A model generated the notes under the pieces. It worked only from the letters and a program-made list of their open reading frames with translations. It was not told the origin of the DNA and did not search any database. Both the position numbers and the translations under genes were made by a program. DNA of 64,000 bases, from assembly GCF_004010195.1 (NCBI RefSeq), contig NC_057750.1, positions 4,226,382 through 4,290,381 of the forward strand, read 5' to 3'. The DNA comes from Chiloscyllium plagiosum (taxonomy: Eukaryota). Shown here one piece after another: positions 23,320 to 36,065 of this stretch (its first letter is position 1; each line of letters begins with the position of its first letter).

Positions 23320-25950
23320 CATGTAGGACAGTTTGAACCCATTTGCATTAATTTGTCTGTTTATTATGGGCAAATCAATTCCTCATTAGATAATTGGCTA
23401 TTCTTCAGTCAAACTTGAATTTTCTTTCAAAAAGCAAACAGAACAACATAAGTAATTATTTTGTAACAGAAAGCCACTTCCACTGTTGTTTCACCTCAAA
23501 CCTGAATTTAAATTAGATTTGTAGCATAGCTTTTTGCTACTTTTGTTCTGTAATAAGCTGGCGTGAATACAATAGCCTCAACTCCTCGCACGTTAATCCA
23601 AGGTCATATCTATATTTTTAATCAATTTTTTCAAAGTGTTATTGCCATTTCCTGGAGCAAATGGGACTTGAACCTCAGCCTTCTAGCTTGGGGAAAGCCA
23701 CTACCACTGCACCACAGACACCCTAAAGATGCTGTTTTTGTTCCTAATTCTGGTACTGGTCTGTGTTCGAGGTATGGAATTTTTTTAACCAACCTGTTCA
23801 TTCACATTATGACACATGTCTGGGGCAGGTAGAGCTTGAACCCGAACTTTATGGCCCAGAGTAGGGGCATTACAACAGCATAAGGTACAAGGCTATATAG
23901 GCTGTGTTTTTAAGATAAGATGTTGGGAGTTGTGCATCGTGCTATGGTTGGGGATAGAGTGCTTTCACTGCTGCTGCAGAGACTGAAAGTTCCACATTCA
24001 TAGCATGTTTTATGGCCTTTGCTTCTTCCAACTCACTTGTAATCTCAGCTGAGTAGGTTGTGAAGAGAGAAAAGCAAATAATGTACCTATCTGACTCTTA
24101 CAGTTTTACACTTAGATGTGCTTTTATTGCAAGGCAATATCCCCAGTTTCAAACAAAACACTTCTAAATTTGTTTTCAATATTGACAGTTCTGCCTGAAT
24201 GACCATTACATAAAGCCACAGGGTTCTAAATAGGACACTTAAAAGGTGTGTGGATTGGGGCCATTATCCTCCATACACAGGAGAAGCCCATAGTTGAAAG
24301 GGAGTGTAGAATCAGTTGCAAATGCCAGGCAGCCCTTCAAAGACTCCATTCTGAAGTGCGCTATAATTGTGAGATACTGCAGAGATAGGCTCGCTCAGTC
24401 TGTTAACAGCAGCTTTTGCTGAAAATATCATACTGTTGGAATCTTTTCACTGCTCAGGTTTGAATTAGCAATTGCAAGTGAATTTTGTCTTAGTTGTTTC
24501 ATTTCTAAGCCCTCCTCTCTTCACCCTGTCACTATTTTTACTTGAAGCGAGCATTGTAAAGTAGATGTGAGGAAGGATTTGTTTTGTACTGGATTACAAC
24601 TCTTCAGGGTTTAATTAAAGAATAATATCTGACCAGCACAGCTGTGTTTATACTGGTAGTGGTTGCAGAACATAAGTGGTCCTTTGTCAGCTCTTAATGA
24701 CTCATATACTGTGCTGACGTGGTCAACCCCAGCCTGAGAGGTAGAGAGAGCACCACAGTTAAGTCTAGTAGCCCAAGGATTAGAGGAAAGAAATTTGGTC
24801 AGATGTGTGCGAGCATTGGGTGAGAACATAGGAAGAAATATAGGCCATTCAGCCCCTTAAGCCTGCTCTACCATTCAGTGGCTGATTTATCAATCTACTC
24901 CATTTAGCTCTACTTCGCTCCATGTAACTGGTTTTAAAATAAATCTCCATCCCAGACGTGGAAATGATTATGACCCAAAGTCCTTCAGGAAGACTGTTTC
25001 GGGTTTCCATTGGCCTTGGCATGAGAATGTGAAATCAGAAAGCATTCTTAATGATCTAGCTTCCATTTTAAAAAGGTGTCCCCCCCCCCCCCCCTGTTTG
25101 TAGGCTTTCACACTAGAGACTATGTTTAATTCTGTGTCTATCCTGTTGCATTCCGGTAAACATTTTAAATATGTTGGTTTAGATTCAGCATCAGCCTACA
25201 GAGTCAAGAGCGATAAAACAGAATTATTCATCCTCCTAAATTAGCTTTAAAACCCAATCTTATTCTGGTGAATCTGCTGTGTACCCTCTCCAAGGTCAAC
25301 GCATCTTTCCTGCAGTTGGTACCCAAAGCGGGAATGATTATCCAGAAGAGAATATTTTTGAGTTTGAAGGGGTGTCATTAACTCCTCCTTTGACTAATAA
25401 TCACTTGATAGTCAGCATATAGAACAGTTTTAGGTGCAGGTATCATATTACTCTGTTTATGATTTAGCTGCTATCACATTAACTTGACCTCCACTGCTCC
25501 TTGCTCCATAGGTGTTGTGCTATACTGTACAATACATTAAATGAACCAAAAACTGCAATCGGAGCATAAATTTGATTTACCTTATTGCAATTTTCCAGAA
25601 AAGTACTGATCAAGAACATGTAGAAGCATCACTTTCTCTTTTAATTTCCAGTCCTCTGCAAGGTCTTCCACAGTTTAAAAAGCCTGCCCAGGCTCTCAAA
25701 GTTACCGCACTACATGTTATACCAGTAGCAGTGAGGCAAGAGCTTAGTGAAGTCTATGCACAATTAAGGAGGATAGGAGAAAAAGATATATTTGCCAAAA
25801 AAAAATGAACAATGTAATACATTCACCACTTGTGTCCTGTGCTAAGATACTTCTGTGCAGCCTTCTGGAGTTGAAATTAATCTGTCTTTGCAAGCTATTT
25901 GTATTAATAAAGGGTTATTGTAATTTAAAAATGTAACTCTTCAATTTCAG

Positions 25951-26069
25951 ATCCTGTGTGGCACGTGCCTACTGCGCCCAAAGTTTATTCACCTTCCGGA
26001 AACAATATCAATAAGCGTCTCGCTAGACAAGAGCTAGCAGGCAAGGATTCCCCCAACAGGCATTCCAAA
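25951..26069 (+). CDS. SIPA1L3: SIPA1L3 coding exon D, 119 nt, phase 1-0
   Basis: Acceptor tcaatttcag|AT and donor AAA|gtaagc. Translates DPVWHVPTAPKVYSPSGNNINKRLARQELAGKDSPNRHSK (cf. PLWHVP...RQDAAGKDSPNRHSK). Confidence 0.92.
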
Positions 26070-26214
26070 GTAAGCAACTGCATGTATCCTGAAAGCTATT
26101 GCTTGCTAGCATGTCCTGCCAAACCCATTGCTACTGTCAATTACATTAAAGTATAGCAAGTTTTCTTTACAGAATTTCTATTACAGAAAGAATGCTATTT
26201 CTCAAGATCAAGAT

Positions 26215-27030
26215 GTCTAGTTGATAGCACACTCAATCAAAAGGTCATGGGATCAAGTCCCACACCAGGGACTTGGGTGCTTGGCACAAGATCTAGGTTG
26301 ACATCCAGTGCATTACTGATGGAGTGCTGCTCTGTCTGAGGTGCCATCTTTCAGATGAACTGTTGAACCAGGTATCTACTTGCCCCTTCAAAGATTCCAC
26401 AGTCAATACTTCGAAGAAAAGGTTAAGGATCCCTTATATCATGATCAAGAATTAGCTTTTAAGGAATCGTAGAATTATACAGCACAGAAACAGTCCCTTC
26501 GGTCCAACCAGTTCATGCCGAACATCATCCCAAACTAAACTAGCCCCAACTGCCTGCCCCTGGCACATATCCCTCTAAATCTTTCCTATTCACGTACTTA
26601 TCCAAATGTCTTTTAAACATTGTGGTTATACCCACATCCTCCACTTTGTCAAGTTCATTCCACACACACATCACCCATTTTTCCAAAAAAAAAGGAATTT
26701 GCCCCTCATGTCTTTTTTTAAATCTCTCTCCTCTCACCTTAAATATGCCCCATTGTCTTGAAATCTCCCATCCTAGGGAAATGACCCCTACCATTAACCC
26801 TTTCTATACCCCTCATGATTTTATAAACTTCTATAAGGTCATCTCTTAACCTCTTACACTCCAGTATAGTATCTCAAACCAGAGGATCTGATTGTGATGT
26901 TACGTTGTTAATGGGAGTTGCTGCATAAATTAACTCTCATTTCCTACATTACAACAGTGACTGTGCTTCAAAAGTATTTTGTTAGCTTAAAGTTCTTAAG
27001 ACATCTTGATTTTGTGAAGGGCTCTGTATA
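26215..27030 (+). mobile_element. Deu-domain SINE interrupted by an antisense CR1 3' fragment
   Basis: B-box-like gggatcaagtccc and core ggagtgctgctctgtctgaggtgccatctttcagatga. The tail ttcctacattacaacagtgactgtgcttcaaaagta resumes after 26866. Confidence 0.6.
26467..26866 (-). mobile_element. CR1/HER1 LINE 3' fragment
   Basis: Minus ORF FKVRGERFKK...VWNEL...FKRHLDKYVNRKDLEGY, plus the tail. Confidence 0.85.
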
Positions 27031-28026
27031 TCCATGCTCGCCAAACCTCCTAAAAGCAATGATTCTACAGCACCCTACAAGGTAACATTGACTCTCCACC
27101 CCTTGCTTTGCCCAGGCTTGTTTGTTACCCTTTGTTTCATTGTTCTGGCAGGGCTGGTTTTGTTGCCTTACCTTAGTTACCCTTAAACTGAAAAGGCTTT
27201 CAGAGCCAGAAGGCAGTTAAGAATTCATCACATAGCTGTGGGTCTGGAGTCACATGTAGACCAGACCAGGTAAGGACAGCAGATTTCATTCCCTAAAGGA
27301 CATTGTGAAAATCCATCTGGTTCACAATTAAGTTATTAATGGTCACCTTTAAACTAGCTTTTAATTCCAGATTTTCTTTACTGAATTCAAATTTCACCAG
27401 CTACTGCGGTGAGATTCAAGCCAACCTGTGCCTGTGGAATGTTATCCCAGTATTTGAATACCTCCCCTTAGTAATATAGTGACTGTGGAATGGCTGTTAG
27501 GGTTTGGAGGGGCACTAATAATTCTACTTTTCACCAATAACTGATAGTGGTCAGCATTTAGAATGATGTAATATTGCTAGATATAGGAGCTACTTGTAAT
27601 ACCTTTTATGACTGGCTAAGCTGAAATCATATTAGTTCAAACCATGCACCGCCTTGCTCTTTTGTTCCATAGTGTATTTAACCAAGTACAACTTGCAATC
27701 GATTAGAGTCTGAGTAATGTAACTTTAGATTTGTATGTACTTATAATTTTCCCCAGAACTACATTCACCCCATTTGAAGGATTTGTGGGAAAGATTCATT
27801 ATCATCCTTTTTAAGCTCCTGGAGTTGTGGTCTGTTTCTATGCTTTGCAGCTAGTAATTCTAACCCACTCACTACAGTGTGTGGAAAAGTGCAGCAGGAG
27901 AGTGGAGAACCAACAGTCTCTGACCCTTGTCTGGAATAATTCTCTGGGCTGTCTATGTTGAGCCTTCTCAAAGGGCACTGCATAGTCTGCAGCTGTGATT
28001 CTAATATTGTGTCTGCTGCTTAACAG

Positions 28027-28469
28027 GGGGATGCCCACTACTCAAGCCAGTCAAGTAGCAATACTCTGTCCAGCAATGCCTCCAGCGGCCACAGTGATGA
28101 AAGATGGTTTGACAATATGGAGCATATGGAGGTTGACCTTGAGACCTCTGCGAAAGGAGCATCCAGTGACAGCGGCATTGACACCACCCTCCATGCCTCC
28201 AGTCCATTTGCTTCAGGTGCAGTAACAGCTAAATCTGCAAGGCCAGCACCACGGAGAGAGAAACCCCAGAAACCAATGCAGACCTCGGCCACCTACAGTG
28301 GACTGCAGGAGTACAACAACCGGGTATTCGACCGGACACCACCTCACCTGGAGAGGAGGAGGGACTCCTCACCAACACTCAGTGCCAATGGCCAAAATAA
28401 AGGATATAAAATAAAAACCTGTGGTCCTTCGAATAACACCAGCTTCAGTAACGAAAACATGCATCTGAG
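28027..28469 (+). CDS. SIPA1L3: SIPA1L3 coding exon E, 443 nt, phase 0-2
   Basis: Acceptor cttaacag|GGG and donor AG|gtaaaa. Translates GDAHYSSQSSSNTLSSNASSGHSDERWFD...KGASSDSGIDTTLH...GQNKGYK.... SSSNTLSSN and SDSGIDT are SIPA1L-family hallmarks. Confidence 0.93.
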
Positions 28470-29312
28470 GTAAAATGAGTCATCTATATAACCCAATCTT
28501 TAGAAGTAAGAAAGATGTCAAATGCTGGAGTGTGAGTGAAAATGCAGCCTGGAGGCTGAGCAGAAGGTTCAGAGGTCAGGTCTCAGCTTTGCTGAGTCTG
28601 CTGTTCACTTAAGGATTCTGCACGTGGCCTTGGTCTGAGGAGAGAGTAGGGACTTTCATTTCTAATCACTTTCTAATTATATCCCTCTTATGTAGGTATC
28701 AAGCATGTCTGTGATCTCTTTCACAGTCAAGTAGCCTGTGTTTGCGCACACACTACAGAAAGTGACAGCTTGTGTAACCTGTAGGTGAGGAATCTTTATT
28801 AGATACTTGGCTTAGGTGAGTTGTAGAAGGCATAAGGGCATCCTGGGTGCTCACTGAGAACATTGTTCCATGCCCTGTGGAAGGCATGGGCCTGCATGAT
28901 CGTTCTTAGAGTGGACATACAAGTCAGAAAACTATCATTGATCTTAAACAGTCAGCTGAGAGTAATATCAAAATGACAGCCCTGTAAATACTGTTTTTAA
29001 ACTCAGCTGTTCAAAGGGTGCTCCCCTGCTGTGGTCACTATGCACTCTGATGTAGCACTGAACAGGAATGTGTTTTCTTTAAACATGTTTCCCTTTTTGG
29101 CAATTATGGCCGTTAGGTGGCTGCATGTCCTTTTAAAGCTGGAGGATATGGGCAGCAGTGTTTCGACTTCGTGATGGGGGTAGAATTTGCAATGTGATTT
29201 GCCCAGTGCATGTTTTGTGAAGAATACTCAATAATGGAATCTTACAGCAATTTAATCAAAAACTGTGAGCACTCATGTGTGACCTCAAACTATTGTTTGG
29301 ACCACAGATATA

Positions 29313-30292
29313 AAGTTACTAGTGGTGTACTGCAAGGATCTGTTTTAGAGTCACTGCTGTTGGTCATTTTTCTAAATGACCTGGATGAGGCCGTAGAAGG
29401 ATGGGTTAGTAAATGTGTGGATGACACTAAGATCAGTGGAGTTTTGGACAGTTTAGGAGGATGTTGCAGCTTACAGAGAGACATAGATAAGCTGCAGAGC
29501 TGGGTTGAGAGGTGGCAAATGGAGTTCAGTGTGGAAAAGTGTGAGGTGATTCACTTTGGACGGAGTAACAGGAATACAGAGTACTGGTCTCTAATGGTAA
29601 GATTCTTGGTAGTGTGAATGAGCAAAGAGATCTTGGTGTCCAGGTACATAGATCCCTGAAAGTTGTCACCCAGGTTGATAGGGCTGTTAAGAAGGCATAC
29701 GGTGTGTTCGCTTTTATTGGTAGAAGGATTGAGTTTTGGAACTATTAGGTCATATTGCAGCTGTACAAAACTCTGTTGTGGCCACACTTGGAGTATTGCA
29801 TAAAGTTCTGTTAACTGCAGTATAGGAAGGATGTGGAAGCATTGGAAAGGGCGCAGAAGAGATTTATTAGGATGTTGCCTGCTATGGAGGGAAGGTCTTA
29901 TGAGGAAACGCAGAGGGACTTGAGGCTGTTATTGTTGAAGAAGGTTGAGGGGTTACTTAATAGAGACATACAAGATAATCAGAGGGTTAGATAGAGTGGA
30001 CAGTGAGAGCCTTTTTCCTCAGACGGTGATGGCTAGCACGAGGTGACACAGCTTTAAATTGAGGGGTGATAGATACAGGACAAATATCAGAGGTAGTTTC
30101 TTTACTCAGAGTAGTCAGCCCTGCCTGCAACAGTAGTAGACTCACCAACTTTAAGAGCATTTAAATGGTCATTGGATAAAAATATGGATAATAATGGAAT
30201 AGTGTAAGTTAGATGGGGTTCAGATTAGTTTCACAGGTCGGCGCAACATCAAGGGCTGAAGGGTCTGTACAATGCTGTCATGTTCGATGTTC
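29313..30292 (+). mobile_element. 5'-truncated CR1 LINE (RT C-terminal half plus tail)
   Basis: VTSGVLQGSVLESLLLVIFLNDLD...KCVDDTKISG...WQMEF...KCEVIHFG. Tail ggtcggcgcaacatcaagggctgaagggtctgtac. Confidence 0.9.
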
Positions 30293-30633
30293 AAAATGGC
30301 TCCCATTGAACTCTATGATTTGAAGCCATGAAATGGTATTATTCCAATGGAGTTTTTCTTGGTGTCAGCAGATGTTAGGATGTGTGCTGAACAGAGTTCT
30401 TTTTTTATTGTTATTACTTGTCCTTTCTTGTAAACATTCTAGGTAAGTCCAGCATTTGTTATCCATTCAGAACTTCCCTTGAAGGTGTATTTTGTTTGCT
30501 ATAATCTTTCTATTGAAATTTTGCCAATTTAGTCAGTAGTTAATTGTTGATGCATATTCATTTATAAGGCAGACAGCCTTTCATTTATATAATGTATTTC
30601 GTGACTTCAAATGTCCCATTTTCCAAACAACAA

Positions 30634-30975
30634 AGAGTCATACAGCATGGAACCAGACCCTTCAGTCCAACCAGTCCATGTTCCCAAACTGAACTTGTCT
30701 CACCTGCCTACGTTTGACCTATATCCCTCCAAATATTTCTTACTCATATACTTATCTAAATGTCTTTTAAATGTTGTAACTGTACCTGCGTCCACCACTT
30801 TCTCTGGTAGTTCATTTCACACATGTGTGAATAAAAAAAGTTGCCCCTCATGTCCTTTTTAAATCTTTCTCCTCTCACTTTAAAAGTATGTAATCTAGTT
30901 TTGAGCTCTTCCACCCGAGGGAAAAGATCCTTGTCATAAACTTATCAATGCCCCTCATGATTTTATAAACCTCAA
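30634..30975 (-). mobile_element. CR1/HER1 LINE 3' fragment
   Basis: agagtcatacagcatggaaccagacccttcagtccaacc..., the same family as 26467 and 47718. Confidence 0.82.
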
Positions 30976-33900
30976 AAAGGCAATGATCCCAGCCTGTCAA
31001 GCCTATCCTCAAGGCAAGCATTGCATGATGAATTGAAAATCACAGTCCACCAAATGCTATACTGTGAAGACTATATTCTTATTCCTATTTTTGATTGTGG
31101 GCTGAATTAAAAAGGACTGTTTTAAAATTGTGCAAGAATTGCTACAGTTTAGTAAAAGCAAGTTACTGAACCTCATTGGAAGTTGTCTTTACACTGCTGC
31201 ATTGACCAAACGCAATGGAGTAGACTTGTTTGTTTGTGTGAATCTAAACAGGGGCATAGTGGATGTATTTGGTAAAATATGGCTGGCAACAAATAACACA
31301 TTGGGTTGTGGAGTTGTGACCAGTTGTAGATGACAAAGGCATCAGCCTGACAACTATCTGACTTGTCCCTTGAGTAACTGAACAGCTTGTGGGTGTGCAT
31401 GCTACTGGCAGAGGTCTTCAGACTTCTGCACGTGGGGATGCTTTGTCTATCTTGCCAGTATAATATATTATATTATAACATACGAGAGCCTGTTTATTTT
31501 CCCTCACCAGTCATTGTAAGCAGTAGTCTTTTAACTATTAACTAAGAGACTTTGCATTTAAAGTACCAATTGCCTGTGAGCTTCCTACAAATAAGTGAAA
31601 AGAGACTTAACAGAAAATCCTGGCAAACAAAAGGATAATCTCAATGAATGCTGTGGACTGAGGCGGTTGAACTGCTTCCCCAGTTTTCTCCCCCTCTGCT
31701 CATAACTAACTTTTTTTTAATCCTTATATATTTGGGGGAGAGCAGGGGAAGGGGAAGTTTAGAAGCAGATTTATGTCAGCAGTTCATAGTGTTAGCTGTG
31801 TTTAAAATAATTTTTTTGTTTGCAAAAAAGATTGCTACTTGTTCAGTATAGAAACAATCTCTCTCTCTGTTAACCTGGGTCTATCCGCAGGTAACAGGGG
31901 ACTCTGCGTATTTTGATTACTTCTTTTTAACTTTTATGATGACTCCAGGAATGGGCAGGGCCTGATATCTAATGTATTACCCAAGTGAGCTGTCCCCAAT
32001 AATATTAGAACTCACTTTCAAGTGCAAAACGATGGGGATGAAGAGTTACTTGTGGAAGACGTGGTGGTGGTGGTAGTGTGCAGCTTTTGTTTTATTTTCT
32101 GGGGTTGCTGTTTTACTTCCTAATTGTTACTATAAACCTGAGGGGAGAAAGAAGTTCAAGGCTTCCCCCAGTGACAGTTGCTCCTCCCAGGTCCCTAGTA
32201 CATAATGGTGCAGAGCCCGAGGCTTGGACCCTGAAACTAAGCGCTATTGCTGTGGCCACAGCCACCTGAGTGTCTGCACTGCTCACAGCTGCCAACACTA
32301 CCTGCCGCCTCACCCACTCCACTCCTCCTCTCCACTGGTAAAGTGGCATAATTTCTGTTCTTTTTCTATTCTTGGTCCTATCAGTGAGTGGCCAGAATTC
32401 ATTCCTTCCTCCTAATCTAGTTTTACTCTCCTCCTCCTGATCAGAGGAAATGGACTGTGCCACAATTACCTGAGTACACAGATGCAATGTCCACCCTTGC
32501 CCACCACAGGGATGAAAGGTAGAGGAATGTCTGGGATGTAGGCAGTACCTGATGGTGATGACAGTGCACTCTTGGAATGCATCACAGATGCCAGCAACAC
32601 ACAAAACACTAAAATGGTGATGCAAAACAGGCCCCAAACAACAAACAATGTTAAAATACAAAAATGTTAAGAAATGGTTTCAAAAAAAAAGATGTGCATT
32701 AGCCAAATTCTTTTACAGGATAGATGGTTGCACCATTGCCAATGAATGAACTGTTCCAGTGCTATTGCTATAAGTTGAATCCCTTCAAGTTATTTATTAA
32801 CACTGAAACTTCATCCAGGAATTCCCTGGAGGAAGTTGGGGAGGAGCACCATCTAGATTTTGTTCTGATGAATTACCATCGACAGAATAATTTCTAGGTT
32901 GAAGACATGATAAAAATGCAGACTTTCTCTCTGGATTCTGTATAAAGTGGGCAGAGTAAATGAGTTGCGATTACACAGCTGTAACATTGTTGTTTGGGCT
33001 TGACTTTGATCCTACAGTTATCTTTGAAATCTGCCTTTGGGAATAACCTGATAGTGGAACAGTTTCAATTCATTTTAGTCACCTCTGGCTTTAAAGACCA
33101 ATGTACACTCCTCTGGTGAATTTAGTGTGAAGCTGAAACCACTTCACAATGATGCTAAAGTTGCTATACAAAATACCCTGTAGTGTTGGCAGAAGGGGAG
33201 AAACTAATGTGTTAATTCCAGTGGATTTCTGCTCTAGTGAATAGCACATTGGGTCTTAATGTACAAAGCTGGAATGCCTCAGGGTATTTCAGAGAGGGAG
33301 GGATTTTTTTTTAGGTGGAAAAATGTCTGAACTCTTCAAAGTTTATTAATCTGCTTTGGTGTTTCTGCATGAACTGTCATAAGAGATCAATTGAAAAGAC
33401 CTCCCTTGTTGTGTAACGCCGAGTGTGCTGTACACTTTTAATGCATTTGACAGCAGCTTTGAGCTCAGCTCTCCACTCTGAAATGAAGTGAAAGTTGCCC
33501 AACTATCTTCAAAACTTGCAGAAGATTTTTTTAAAACCGTTGTTACCAACAATAATCCATGATCAGGTATAGGATTTGCAGTGCCTTGTACTTCATTGTG
33601 ATTTAACAACAATCTGTCAGCTGTTGAGTCACGTTGCAGGGATGTCCTCTTTCAACAACGTTGAAAACTTCAGAGGAACTATGTTAGCACTCAGAAAGAA
33701 TGTGTAAGCATGTAGAGGATTTGAAAACTAAACCAAAATGACAGGAATATTTACTTGAAACTGATTTTGTCAAATTATTTTTCAAATAAAAGAGGCCTAT
33801 TAGAGATACTGAACTCTGAAACCTGCATGGGAACCAAGTCTATTTGATATCCAAATCATCACAGGCTGTGGGAAGGCTTTAGAACTGTGGCCAACTGTTG

Positions 33901-34310
33901 TTGAAGAACATTTCTCACATAAAGGGTAATCCACCCAGGCACAGCATCAATGCTTTGGAACTGTTCCTTTGGCTGTGATAGTTATTTCTAATGGGATTGG
34001 GCTGCAGGGAATAAACCTTGATCAAACCTTTTTAATTGTAGCTCCAGTTCTTAGTGTCTCTCCATATTTCAGGAATTACAAGCTTGTGTTCTAAGAAGAC
34101 GTTGTTTATGTCAAAGAATTAAAGTTCTTTGTGTGAATTCTGGAATCTGGTAGATAGCTGGTGTGGCTTTTGTAGTAATGAGTGACCATCCTCAGTAGTT
34201 GTTGAACTCTTGCATGTACTCAGCAGGTTTCCTTAAAGTAAGGGTTAACGCAACATCTTTGTTTGCTTCTTCTCTTGCATGAAATTTCACAATCTGAATT
34301 TAAATTCAGT

Positions 34311-34626
34311 GGGCGGCACCGTGGCACAGTGGTTAGCACTGCTGCCTCCCAGCGCCAGAGACCCGGGTTCAATTCCCGACTCAGGCGACTGACTGTGTGG
34401 AGTTTGCACGTTCTCCCCGTGTCTGCGTGGGTTTCCTCCGGGTGCTCCGGTTTCCTCCCACAGTCCAAAGATGTGCAGGTTAGGTGAATTGGCCATACTA
34501 AATTGCCCGTAGTGTTAGGTAAGGGGTAAATGTAGGGGTATGGGTGGGTTTCGTTTCGGCGGGTCGGTGTGGACTTGTTGGGCCGAAGGGCCTGTTTCCA
34601 CACTGTAATCTAATCTAATCTAATCT
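34311..34626 (+). mobile_element. Full-length HE1-type tRNA-derived SINE
   Basis: Pol III A box tggcacagtgg, B box ggttcaattcc, a LINE-like tail ggccgaagggcctgtttcc and (taatc)n. Confidence 0.9.
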
Positions 34627-35022
34627 TAAATGGGGAGAGCAGACGGCCCATTTGATGTAATTGTAACCTACCCTTTCCTCGTAGTATAGAGCTGGCTTTT
34701 GCAATTAATTTCTCAACCACCCAGACATCACTGATATCTGCTGTAAATTGGCCTTTCTTTCACTAGCCTCTTACTTGATCCAGATGCTCCAACAGCCACA
34801 TCCCCCATACCCTGATTGCCATTAGAACACTCTTAGAACGCAACCTTGGTAATCTGTGAAACATGAGACAGGGAGAGACAAAAAACTGGAGCTACAATTA
34901 GATATTTGATCAAGGTTTATTTTGTGCACAACCCCACATGTGAAAACTCCTGTCACAAGAATCTTATTTGTTTCCATCCTTTTGTATTGCTTTGGGGCTC
35001 AGCTTGTCATAGATGACAGTTA

Positions 35023-35237
35023 GGAAGCAGTGAGATCTGCAGATGCTGGGAATCAGAGTTGAGAGTTTGTTGCTGGAAAAACACAACAGGTCACGCAGCA
35101 TCCAAGGAGCAGGAAAATTGACGTTTCGGGCCTGAGCCCTTCATCGACATTTCCTAATGAAGGGCTCTGGCCCAAAATGTCGATTTTCCTGCTCCTTGGA
35201 TGCTGCCTGACCTGCTGTGCTTTTCCAGCAACATACC
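35023..35237. mobile_element. Palindromic Penelope-related short element (family 1) with perfect 15 bp TSD
   Basis: catagatgacagtta occurs at 35008-35022 and 35238-35252. Long inverted arms surround two hammerhead-like cores. Confidence 0.8.
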
Positions 35238-35704
35238 CATAGATGACAGTTAACCCATTCAGGTACTAACATAGTATATTTTCTATCCATGAGGATAGAC
35301 TCTCTTGGAGCTCTGATGTAATGTAATTAGTTACTAAGTACTATGTAATAAACTACTGCTGTTTATCAAGACCGAGCTTGTCTTCTACTGAAGACTTTGT
35401 GCGTGCATCCTTCCTTACTAGAAATCAGGAACGTTGATTAATACCAGCCACAAGACATCCCAGATGGTTCCAGTGGAGCTGACCACAACATGGAGCATAA
35501 ATGGCATCTGAAAACTTGGTGTCTTTGATTGTTATCCTCTTGGAGAAAATAGGAATGAGTAATTAATCAAAATCGTTCATCATCTGAGAGTGCAATTATC
35601 TGGGATTCTTCAACAGCCCAACAATAAACCTGCTTTGGGATTCTGTAGTGTTTGTCATGATAGTCAGATGGCTGGTGACATGCTTTCAATTCAATCACTT
35701 TGTG

Positions 35705-36065
35705 TGATTTGTGTCTCAGTGGGTAGTGCATTCACCTCTCCGTCATCATGTTGTAGTTTTGAGTCCCACTCCACAGGCTTGCACACGTGCCGGCACACTC
35801 ACAGCAGTACTGCCTTCATTTGTGTGAAGCATTGTTTCATGATCCTTACTCAACTCTCAGCTGGACACAAGGCAGGGCACAATTCCAGAGAGTAGTAGAA
35901 GAGTTCAGCCCAGCGTACTAACACTTCATCTGTAATCCAGAATCACTTCAAACAGATAACCTAATTGTTATCGCCTTGTTGTCTGTGGGAGCTCATTCTG
36001 CACATGTTACAACACTTTAAATGCACTCAATTGTACAAGGCACTATGTAAATGTGACGCTTTCTA
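35705..36065 (+). mobile_element. Deu-domain SINE, decayed
   Basis: Head ctcagtgggtagtgca...ttgagtcccactcca and tail tgtgggagctc...aaggcactatgtaaatg. Confidence 0.45.

Noticed and set aside
32113..32661. 182-aa antisense ORF as a nested gene, or a plus-strand exon at ~32190-32337
   Set aside because: There is no recognisable domain. All three frames from the candidate acceptor at 32190 hit stops before the candidate donor.
34311..34385. tRNA gene (also at the other HE1 heads)
   Set aside because: The A/B boxes belong to the tRNA-derived SINE head and run directly into the SINE body and LINE-like tail.
34220..34603. Recurring ORFs such as MWKQALRPNK... and MANSPNLHIFGLWEETGAPGG (also at 58570, 60259, 60324, 49792)
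   Set aside because: These are incidental translations of HE1 SINE copies, not a gene family.
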